Below are positions 38,560 through 47,041 of a stretch of 51,176 nucleotides of DNA, one piece after another. A program made the translations under genes and the position numbers. Every line of letters begins with the position of its first letter. Position 1 is the first letter of the stretch. Source of the DNA: Candidatus Nomurabacteria bacterium RIFCSPLOWO2_12_FULL_40_42 (GTDB taxonomy: Bacteria > Patescibacteriota > Minisyncoccia > Phycocordibacterales > UBA9973). The DNA is taken from assembly GCA_001786195.1 (NCBI GenBank), contig MFVS01000024.1, positions 1 through 51,176 on the forward strand. The letters run 5' to 3'. The notes beneath the pieces are model-generated. The model was not told the DNA's origin and searched no databases. It saw only the letters and a list, made by a program, of their open reading frames with translations.

Positions 38560-38645
38560 GTGAGTGTGAGGTTACACTGACGTCATCTCGCGTTTATCGT
38601 AAACAACATAAGTGCCGCAAAAAACACCGGAAGGTGTTTTTTGTT
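38560..38645 (+). ncRNA. Candidate small RNA or attenuated leader
   Basis: Bounded by the promoter above and terminator caaaaaacacc-ggaa-ggtgttttttg (38618-38643); no convincing ORF. Confidence 0.4.
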
Positions 38646-38721
38646 TCATGCTAACAATTTTTTGATTTTAGACAAGACTTGTATTAGCAAAACGACCTCT
38701 TTTATTATAAAATAGTGCTAT

Positions 38722-40803
38722 ATGGCGGACTTACCTGAAATACCCATAAATAAAGAAATTACATATCTTGGCATCACCACTTATCGAGACAAGAATCAGC
38801 TCTTTGGCATAAAGCGCAAAGATCGGCGTCAGCATGTTTATATTCTCGGAAAATCCGGTACTGGTAAATCCGTCCTGATGTTCAACATGATTATCCAGAA
38901 CATCAAAAACGGCGACGGAGTCTGTATGGTGGATCCGCATGGCGAAAATGTCGAAGCTGTCCTTTCGGCTATTCCGCCGGAGCGTATCAAGGATGTGGTT
39001 TATTTCAATCCGGCCGATGCCGATCACCACATCGGTTTTAATGTTTTGGAATTGATCGATCCGCAATACAAGCACTTGGTGGCCTCGGGACTCATGGGAA
39101 TTTTTACGAAAATTTGGGCCAACGCCTGGAGTGCCCGAATGGAATACATTTTGAATAATGCGATTCTGGCGCTCCTCGATACACCGGGCACGACACTCCT
39201 CGGTATTCCACGTATGCTGGTGGATAAAGATTATCGCCAAAAAATAATTTCCAATTTGAAAGATCCGGTCATCAAAGCTTTCTGGGTGCACGAATACGAA
39301 GCTTGGCAGGATAAATTTCGAAATGAAGCCATCGCGCCGATCCAAAACAAAGTCGGGCAGTTTCTTTCGACTTCGATCATCCGCAATGTCGTCGGCCAAT
39401 CCAAGAGCACGATCAATATCTTTGACATGATGAACGAAAAGAAAATTTTCTTAGTGAATGTTTCCAAGGGGCGTATCGGCGAGGATAATTCCGGCCTTCT
39501 CGGTGGAATGATTATCACCAAAATTCAGCTGGCGGCCATGGAGCGGGTGCGTATTCCCGAAGAATCCCGCCAGGATTTTTACCTGTATGTCGATGAATTC
39601 CAAAATTTCGTAACCGATGCCTTTGCCGGCATTTTGTCGGAAGCTAGAAAATATCGATTGAACTTGACGGTGGCGCACCAGTATACCGCCCAGCTGGTGG
39701 TGGACAAAAGCTCTGCGGTGCGCGACGCGGTTTTCGGCAACGTCGGCACGATGATTGTTTTTCGAGTCGGCGCCGATGATGCGGAATTTTTGGAGTCCGA
39801 ATTTGATCCGGAATTTACGCCGCAGGACTTGGTGAATTTGCCGAACTATAAAATTTATTTGAAACTCATGATTGATGGCGTGACCTCTCGCCCTTTTTCT
39901 TCGAAAACTCTGCCGCCCTTGGTTCACTCCGGCGATAAAAAAATTGAAGAGGCTGTGATTAAATCATCCCGGGCGCTGTATTGCCGGCCAAAGGAAGTGG
40001 TGGAAAGAGAAATTAATGATTGGAGCGGAATGTCTTTGGGCAATGAGGGGGATACCGGGAGCGGAATCTTGGAAAAATTTCCGGTCATCTGTTCAAATTG
40101 TAAAAAAGAAACGACGGTACCCTTCAAGCCGGAACCCGGGCGCCCCGTTTACTGCAAGGACTGCATCGCGAAAATAAAGTCCGGAGAAATAAAAGTTACC
40201 AAGGGATCGGAAAATCAGATCAAGCACGACGAAGTCACTTTCTTCAAACCACTCTCGGATCTTGGAATCGAATTCGAACGGAAATATAAAGGCCATGTGG
40301 AAGAAGAGAACCGGCATCCGGAGCGAGCGTATACTCATGTTAAGGACATTCCAGTTGCACCAAAGCGACCGGGTATATTGGGAGCTATTAAAAAAGTCTT
40401 TACTTCATCGACACCGCAAGCTAAAGTAAATATTCCTCCAAAACAACCACTAAAGCCTGCCCGTCCGACAGGCGGGTCTGCCCGCCCAAGCGGGGCGAAT
40501 ACTGTTTTGCGGGAAGTTTTAAATAAAATAAAAAAGCCGCAACTTTCGCCCAAGGTAGATTCAGTTAATGTTCCGCCGTCGGTTTCCTTGGATACACTCA
40601 AAAATAAAATAAAAGAATCCGCGCCCGCAAGCCATTCCAAAGACCGCGCCGCAAGTCCGGAAGAGATGAATAAATTGAAGGATTTAATCTCCAAAAAAGT
40701 AGAAAATAAAAAAGAAGAAACTACTCCACCTCCGACACTTTCCCCTATACTCAAAAATCCAAAAGAAGTTCCGGAAGATGTGTTAAGAAAAATATTAGAA
40801 TGA
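38722..40803 (+). CDS. TrwB/TraD/VirD4-like P-loop ATPase with C-terminal CxxC-x17-CxxC Zn ribbon and low-complexity tail
   Basis: GKSGTGKS, DPHG, YVDEFQN, EARKY, AHQY..QL; CSNC-x17-CKDC. Confidence 0.88.
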   Translation: MADLPEIPINKEITYLGITTYRDKNQLFGIKRKDRRQHVYILGKSGTGKSVLMFNMIIQNIKNGDGVCMVDPHGENVEAVLSAIPPERIKDVVYFNPADADHHIGFNVLELIDPQYKHLVASGLMGIFTKIWANAWSARMEYILNNAILALLDTPGTTLLGIPRMLVDKDYRQKIISNLKDPVIKAFWVHEYEAWQDKFRNEAIAPIQNKVGQFLSTSIIRNVVGQSKSTINIFDMMNEKKIFLVNVSKGRIGEDNSGLLGGMIITKIQLAAMERVRIPEESRQDFYLYVDEFQNFVTDAFAGILSEARKYRLNLTVAHQYTAQLVVDKSSAVRDAVFGNVGTMIVFRVGADDAEFLESEFDPEFTPQDLVNLPNYKIYLKLMIDGVTSRPFSSKTLPPLVHSGDKKIEEAVIKSSRALYCRPKEVVEREINDWSGMSLGNEGDTGSGILEKFPVICSNCKKETTVPFKPEPGRPVYCKDCIAKIKSGEIKVTKGSENQIKHDEVTFFKPLSDLGIEFERKYKGHVEEENRHPERAYTHVKDIPVAPKRPGILGAIKKVFTSSTPQAKVNIPPKQPLKPARPTGGSARPSGANTVLREVLNKIKKPQLSPKVDSVNVPPSVSLDTLKNKIKESAPASHSKDRAASPEEMNKLKDLISKKVENKKEETTPPPTLSPILKNPKEVPEDVLRKILE

Positions 40804-42470
40804 ATCAAGAAACTAAACAGTGTAAAAAATGTAATCAAGATTTTATTTTAGATTCGGACGATCTGGGTTTTTACGAGAAGATGAAAGTGCCACCACCGAA
40901 AGTCTGTCCTGACTGTCGTTTCAAAATGCGGGCAATGTTCAGAAACGAGATCGTTCTTTATAACCGCATTTGCGAAATGTGCGAAAAATCCACGATTTCA
41001 ATGTATGGGTCGAAATCCCCCTATACTATTTATTGCAAAGATTGCTGGCTCTCTGAAAAGTGGGATCCATTTTCTTATGGAAAAGATTATGATCCCCAAA
41101 AGCCATTTTTTGAACAGATGAAAGAGTTGATGTCGCGCGTTCCAAAAGCGGGAATTTTTGCATCCGAAGATGTTGGCCCAAATATAAATAGCGAGTATAC
41201 CAATTTTGCAGGGGGAAATAAAAATTGCTATTTCATTTTTAATTCAGGACCTAATAATGAAGAATGCGCTTATTCTCGCGGATTAATTTTATGTCGTGAA
41301 GTGCTAGACTCGTATTTTTCAAACAAGACGGAAAAGATCTATGAAGCGATAAATGTAAATTTAAGTTCTGGAATTGTATGGGCTCAGAATTCAGATAATT
41401 GTATTGATTCCGCTTTTCTTTTAAATTGCTCCAATTGCCATAATTGTTTTGGCTGTGTGAATTTACGTCATAAATCGTACCATTTTTTCAACCAACCATT
41501 ATTAAGAGACGAATATCAAAAAAGGATATCGGAAATTATTGGAAGTTATAAAAATATGGAGAAATTTCGGGTCCAGTTTGAAGAATTTTCAATGCGTTTT
41601 CCAAGAAAAGAAAATAACAATTTGAAAAATGAGAATGTTTCCGGAGATTATATTTTTGAATCAAAAAACTGTCACAATTCATATGAAATATCTTTTTGCG
41701 AGGATTCCAAATTTCTTTTTTCAAACAAACGTACAAAGAATTGTTACGATTTAATCGGTCATGGCCGAAGAAGCGAGTTATTATTAGAATGTGTTGCTGT
41801 GGGGACTTCAAGCGATGTCATTGGTTCATGGTGGAGTACTGGATCTCATGATGTTTATTATTCCTTTGCTTTGCGTTCTTGTGAGTATTGCTTCGGGTGC
41901 GATAGCGTCAGAAATGGTAAATATGTGATTTTAAACAAGCGATATAACAAAGAAGAATATGAAAGGATTCGCTTACAAATTATCGCTGAGTTGAAAGAAA
42001 AAAATTTATATGGTCTTTATTTTCCATCCGAGCTAGCGCCTTTTGCCTATAACGAAACAATCGCCCAAGACAATTTTCCGCTCTCCAAAGAAGAAGCGAT
42101 AACGCAAGGTTTTCGCTGGGAAGATGATATCCAAAAAACGGAAGGGAAGGAGACGATGGAGCCCGAAAAAATTCCAGATCATATCAAAGATGTGCTGGAT
42201 TCTATCACCAGTGAAATTTTAAGATGTGTAGATTGCAATCGAAATTATAAAATCATTGCGCAAGAACTTTTGTTTTATAGAAAAATGAATCTTCCGATAC
42301 CCCGGAAATGTTTTTACTGCCGGCACCAAGACCGCATTACCCGCCGCGGGCCGTATAAATTCTGGAATCGCAATTGCGCTAAGTGCGAAAAAGAAATCAC
42401 CACGAATTATTCTCCCAACCGGCCGGAAATAGTATACTGTGAAAAGTGTTACCAGCAGGAAGTTTACTGA
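40800..42470 (+). CDS. Cys-rich hypothetical protein, paralogue 1 (terminal Zn-ribbon pairs, repetitive Cys/Asn core)
   Basis: CxxC..FYEK..VPPP..CPDCR N-terminus, CFGC repeats, PEIVYCEKCYQQEVY C-terminus; ATGA overlap with the ATPase. Confidence 0.85.
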   Translation: MNQETKQCKKCNQDFILDSDDLGFYEKMKVPPPKVCPDCRFKMRAMFRNEIVLYNRICEMCEKSTISMYGSKSPYTIYCKDCWLSEKWDPFSYGKDYDPQKPFFEQMKELMSRVPKAGIFASEDVGPNINSEYTNFAGGNKNCYFIFNSGPNNEECAYSRGLILCREVLDSYFSNKTEKIYEAINVNLSSGIVWAQNSDNCIDSAFLLNCSNCHNCFGCVNLRHKSYHFFNQPLLRDEYQKRISEIIGSYKNMEKFRVQFEEFSMRFPRKENNNLKNENVSGDYIFESKNCHNSYEISFCEDSKFLFSNKRTKNCYDLIGHGRRSELLLECVAVGTSSDVIGSWWSTGSHDVYYSFALRSCEYCFGCDSVRNGKYVILNKRYNKEEYERIRLQIIAELKEKNLYGLYFPSELAPFAYNETIAQDNFPLSKEEAITQGFRWEDDIQKTEGKETMEPEKIPDHIKDVLDSITSEILRCVDCNRNYKIIAQELLFYRKMNLPIPRKCFYCRHQDRITRRGPYKFWNRNCAKCEKEITTNYSPNRPEIVYCEKCYQQEVY

Positions 42471-42590
42471 AGATCCACGCCAGATTAGTATCAGCGTACT
42501 ATGAGTATATGAAAAATGTTGACGAAAACCGAATATGCCAGAACCCCGAACGAAAGCAAAGCTTCGTACGGGGCAGGCTGCAAAAAAATT

Positions 42591-44356
42591 ATGAAATATA
42601 AATCACAAAATGTAGTGTGTCAGAATTGTAAGGTTAGCTTCACAATCGATCCGGAGGATTTTAATTTTTACGAGAAAATCAAAGTCCCGCCGCCGACCTT
42701 TTGTCCGCTTTGCCGAGCGCAGAGGCGGATGGCTTTCAGGAATGAGCGGAAACTTTTTAAAGTCAAAGATCATTTTACCGGAGAAGATATTTTTTCTACC
42801 TATCCAGCAGAAAGCGGAAGGAAAATAATTACTCGCGAAGAATGGTTTGGGGACAATTGGGATCTAATGGAATATGGAGCTTCGTATGATTTTTCCAGAA
42901 ATTTTTTTGAACAGCTGATGGAACTTCAGAAAAAAGTGCCCATGTATAATTTCAATGTTATAAGAATGGTCAACAGCCCTTATTCTTTCAATGCCACGGC
43001 GCTCAAAAATTGCTATCTCTTATGCAACTCCAATAGTTCAGAAGATTGTATGTATGGCAATGCGGTGGATTTTTCCAAAGATTGTGTGGATAATTCTCAT
43101 ATAAATCATTCTGAGCGGTGTTATGAATCTTTTTGGTTGGAGAATTGTTACCAATGCTATTTTACTACTAGGTCTATGGAATCCAGAAATCTTTATTTCT
43201 GCAGAGGTTGTGTGGGATGTAGTGATTGTTTTGGTTGTACCAATCTACGTAGTACTTCTTATTGCATTTTTAACCAAAATTATTCCAAAGAAGAATATTA
43301 CGAAAAAATAAAAAGTATGCAACTCGATACTTTTTCCGGAAACAAAAAAGCCAGGGAAAAAGCTCGAGCATTTTGGGATACGCAACCTGTCAAATATCAT
43401 CAAGGACTTAAAAATTTAAATTCAACCGGTTCTTATGTCACAAACTGCAAAAATGTTAATGACAGCTACCTGGTTCGAGAAAGTGAAAATATGCGTTATT
43501 GTCAATACCTGCAAGTGCCTAAAAATAAGGATAATTATGATGTCACAAATTGGGGAGAATATATTGAACTGTGCTATGAAACAATAGAGTGCGGGGAAAA
43601 TTCTTATAATAATAAATTTTCCAGAAATTGCTGGCCGGCTTGTAAGCACAATGAATATTGTATGGATAATTTTAGCTCCTCGGATTGTTTCGGTTGCGTG
43701 GGATTAAAGAAAAAACAATATTGTATTTTGAATAAACAATACACTAAGGAAGAATACGAAAAAATGGTAGAAAAAATTAAAAAAAATATGGATGAAATGC
43801 CTTATGTTGATGCACAAGGTTTGGTCTACAAATATGGCGAGTTTTTTCCTATAGAACTCTCACCGTTCGGATACAACAATTCGTTAGCGGTTCAACATTT
43901 CCCAATGACTCAAGAAGAGGCGCAAGATAAAAAGTATCCTTGGATAGAAGTGGGAAGGGGAGAATACAACATCACTAAAAAAGCGCGCGAACTTCCCGAT
44001 TCAATCAATGAAGTTTCAGATCAAATATTAAAAGAAGTGATTGAATGCGAAAATTGCAAAAATGCTTATCGTATATTAGAAAATGAATTAATTTTTTACG
44101 CAAAGAAAAACTGCCGCTTCCACGAATGTGCAATGAATGCAGACATGAGCGCAGAATAGAGGATAGGCTGAAATTGCATTTATATGAAAGGTCTTGTATG
44201 TGTGCTGGAACTATTGACTCAACCAATACATACAAAAATACTGTTTCCCATATCCACAAAGATTCTCCTTGTGCGGAAAAATTCAAAACTGGATATGCGC
44301 CAGGTCAACCAGAAATTGTCTACTGTGAAAAGTGTTATCAGCAGGAGGTTTACTAG
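42591..44356 (+). pseudogene. Cys-rich paralogue 2, frameshifted at T6 run 44092-44097 (or sequencing error)
   Basis: One extra T joins ORF 42591-44159 to 44126-44356, giving ELIFLRKEKLPLPRMCNECR...YCEKCYQQEVY like the paralogues. Confidence 0.8.
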
Positions 44357-44381
44357 CCTTTGGCTAGTGTATTAAAATACG

Positions 44382-44423
44382 AAGATAGCATAATGGCAGC
44401 GGTCGCTGCCATTATGCTATCTT
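44382..44423. terminator. Perfect 20-bp-arm hairpin between convergent genes
   Basis: aagatagcataatggcagcg-gt-cgctgccattatgctatctt; related hairpin at 12344-12375. Confidence 0.65.
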
Positions 44424-44449
44424 GAGTTTTTTTTGTTTGCCGTAAATTC

Positions 44450-45160
44450 TTAGATTCCATGAACTGCGCGATAAGTCGCCACGATGGCTGCGGTAACGCC
44501 CGTGAGAATGAGTGATCCAAGGGAAGCGACAGAGAAGCCGCAATCTTTTGCCAATTCTATTTCTCGCTCGGTGAAGCCGCCTTCCGGTCCGATAAAAATG
44601 CTCACATTTTTTGCATTTTTACCTGCCCCGTTCTTTTCGGGGTCGGGTATGTATTCTTTCGCTCCCGGGTGAAAAATAATTTTTTCGCCTTCTGCTTTTT
44701 TAAGCGTGTCTTCAAAATTTAAAATAGGGGAGATGGTCGGCGTGAAATTTTGTCCGCATTGCTCGCTCGCTTCCAAAATTATTTTCTCCAAGCGGGGAAG
44801 ATTCAAGCCGGTTTTGATCGTTCGCTCGGTGATGATCGGCGTGATAGAGGAGACTCCACACTCGACCGCTTTTTGCGCCGCTAATTCAAAATTTTCTTTT
44901 TTGAGAATTGCTAAATACAAATGCACTTTCTTAGCAATTTCTTTTTCCGTATGTACTTCCAAAACCTGGCCAGTGATTTTTTCTTGGTAAATTTTATCTA
45001 GCCGAACTTTGGCGCTTTGACCCCTCCCATCTCCAAGAATTACCAAATCGTCAACTTTAAGCTCCAAAACGTCCTTTATTTGCTTGATAATTTTGTTATC
45101 TTTGATTTCTATCTCCTGTTTCTGTAAGTCGAAATTTCCAATAAACCTGTGTAATTTCAT
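44450..45160 (-). CDS. rsmE: 16S rRNA m3U1498 methyltransferase (SPOUT)
   Basis: QKAVECGV..I.P..TER, EASEQC, IGPEGGF; the LRxETA motif reads LTGVTA. Confidence 0.9.
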   Translation of the reverse strand: MKLHRFIGNFDLQKQEIEIKDNKIIKQIKDVLELKVDDLVILGDGRGQSAKVRLDKIYQEKITGQVLEVHTEKEIAKKVHLYLAILKKENFELAAQKAVECGVSSITPIITERTIKTGLNLPRLEKIILEASEQCGQNFTPTISPILNFEDTLKKAEGEKIIFHPGAKEYIPDPEKNGAGKNAKNVSIFIGPEGGFTEREIELAKDCGFSVASLGSLILTGVTAAIVATYRAVHGI

Positions 45161-45267
45161 AATTTATATGATACACTTTTAGAGCAAAGATTCAAAATAT
45201 ATGGAAACTAGAAACTGCCATCCCGAACGAAAGCAAAGCTTCGTACGGGGCAGGCTGCAAAAAAATT

Positions 45268-46944
45268 ATGAAATATAAATCACAAAATGTAGTGTGTCAG
45301 AATTGTAAGGTTAGCTTCATAATCGATCCGGAGGATTTTAATTTTTACGAGAAAATCAAAGTCCCGCCGCCGACCTTTTGCCCGGAATGCCGTTATATTC
45401 GTCGGCTTTTGGATAGAAACGAATACAATCTATATAAAAGAAAATGTGATGCAACTGGAAAGGATATTATTTCTATCTATCGATCGGATGCGCCGTTTCC
45501 GGTATATAATCAAGAATATTGGAAATCCGATAAATTTGATGGAATGGAATACGGACGCAATTTTGACTTTGATCGTTCATTTTTTGAGCAATACGAAAAA
45601 CTTCGCCGAGTAGTGCCGCATTTGGCGATCGTAAATTCTAACAGCGTTAATAGCGAATACACAAATCAATCACAAGACAATAAAGATTGTTATATGCTTG
45701 TCACCAGCGAATCTTGTGAAAAGTGCATGTATGGAAGCTGGTGTCAGCGAGGATGTTATTTTTTAAGTGATTGTTACATGGCGGAGAAAAGTGAGTTTTG
45801 TTATGAATGTATAAATATCAAAAAATGTTCAAAATGTATGTGGGCATATGATTGTTCAGACTGCGTAAATGTTTATTTTTCGAGAGATTGTCGCGGATGC
45901 ACTGACTGTTTTGGATGCGTCGGGCTAAGAAGTAAACAATACTATTATTTTAATGAAAATCTAGGAAAAGAAGAGTATGAGAAAAAAGTTGGCAAAATAA
46001 TTTGGAATAGAAGTTTTATAAAAGAAACAAAAGAAAAATTTTTCAAATTTCGAGCAAGTTTTCCGGTCAAATATTACCACGGCTCGCAAATTCAAAATTC
46101 TTTCGGGGATTATATTGAAAATTGCGAACGAACGCGCCACGCATTTAATTGCAAAGATAATAAAGATACAGCGTACATGCAGGATGCGTGGCAGCAAATA
46201 GAAGACTGTAGAGATTGCACTGAAATAATTACTGCTCAATTAGCTTATGAAATTCAAGGTGTTGAAATTCCACATAGAACAATAGTGGCTCGGAGTTGTT
46301 TTAACACTATCACTGACTCGTATTATTGCGACATGTGTTTTACTACACAGGATTGTTTTGGTTGTTTTGGTCTAAAGCAAAAACAGTACTGTATTTTTAA
46401 CAAACAATACCCCAAAGAAGAATATTTTATTTTGAAAGAAAAAATTATTGAGCACATGCGGCAAACAAAAGAATGGGGTGAATATTTTCCTGCTCGTGTG
46501 TCGCCATTTGCTTATAACGAATCAATGGCGCAGGATTATTTTCCTTTGACGAAAGAGCAGGCCATAAAGGCTAGATACACTTGGTATGATCGACCACCCA
46601 GGGATTATAAAATTACCGAAGGGATTTACAAATGTGCCACTCAAGATTCATCGGAGAAAGAGAAATATCCTTTATGCACTACTGCCTTTCGAACTACCGA
46701 CATGGAGTTATCTTTGTACAAAATTCTGAAATTGCCGATTCCAGAAAAATGCTTTCCCTGCCGTAGGCAAGATCGTTTTAAGTTGCGAAATCCTCGCAAA
46801 CTTTGGCACCGATCTTGTATGTGCGAAAAAGGAAATCATTTACACGGGGGAGAGAAATGTGAAGTAGAATTTGAAACCAGCTATGCTCCAGACCGTCCGG
46901 AAATTGTCTATTGCGAGAAGTGTTACCAGCAGGAGGTGTATTAA
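45268..46944 (+). CDS. Cys-rich hypothetical protein, paralogue 3
   Basis: Same terminal motifs and CFGC repeats as 40800-42470. Confidence 0.87.
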   Translation: MKYKSQNVVCQNCKVSFIIDPEDFNFYEKIKVPPPTFCPECRYIRRLLDRNEYNLYKRKCDATGKDIISIYRSDAPFPVYNQEYWKSDKFDGMEYGRNFDFDRSFFEQYEKLRRVVPHLAIVNSNSVNSEYTNQSQDNKDCYMLVTSESCEKCMYGSWCQRGCYFLSDCYMAEKSEFCYECINIKKCSKCMWAYDCSDCVNVYFSRDCRGCTDCFGCVGLRSKQYYYFNENLGKEEYEKKVGKIIWNRSFIKETKEKFFKFRASFPVKYYHGSQIQNSFGDYIENCERTRHAFNCKDNKDTAYMQDAWQQIEDCRDCTEIITAQLAYEIQGVEIPHRTIVARSCFNTITDSYYCDMCFTTQDCFGCFGLKQKQYCIFNKQYPKEEYFILKEKIIEHMRQTKEWGEYFPARVSPFAYNESMAQDYFPLTKEQAIKARYTWYDRPPRDYKITEGIYKCATQDSSEKEKYPLCTTAFRTTDMELSLYKILKLPIPEKCFPCRRQDRFKLRNPRKLWHRSCMCEKGNHLHGGEKCEVEFETSYAPDRPEIVYCEKCYQQEVY

Positions 46945-47025
46945 TTCTCCTCTTCCTGAGTACCCTTTAGGGGGAGGTGGATAAAATTTTCCACCCCGGC
47001 TAAAGCCACCCCTCAAGAGGGGAAT
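46944..47025. repeat. Intergenic composite palindromic element
   Basis: attctcctctt...aagaggggaat ends, internal ggtgga/tccacc and ggc-taaa-gcc hairpins. Confidence 0.55.
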
Positions 47026-47041
47026 ATGATACAATATATAT

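Larger units (their letters stand above)
42545..45380 (+). repeat. 159-bp direct repeats (42545-42703 and 45222-45380) covering the leader and first ~37 codons of paralogues 2 and 3
   Basis: Identical except C/T at 42643/45320. Confidence 0.93.

Noticed and set aside
42545-45380. Diversity-generating retroelement TR/VR pair
   Set aside because: Only one mismatch (C/T, not adenine-specific), located at gene 5' ends, and no reverse transcriptase in the window
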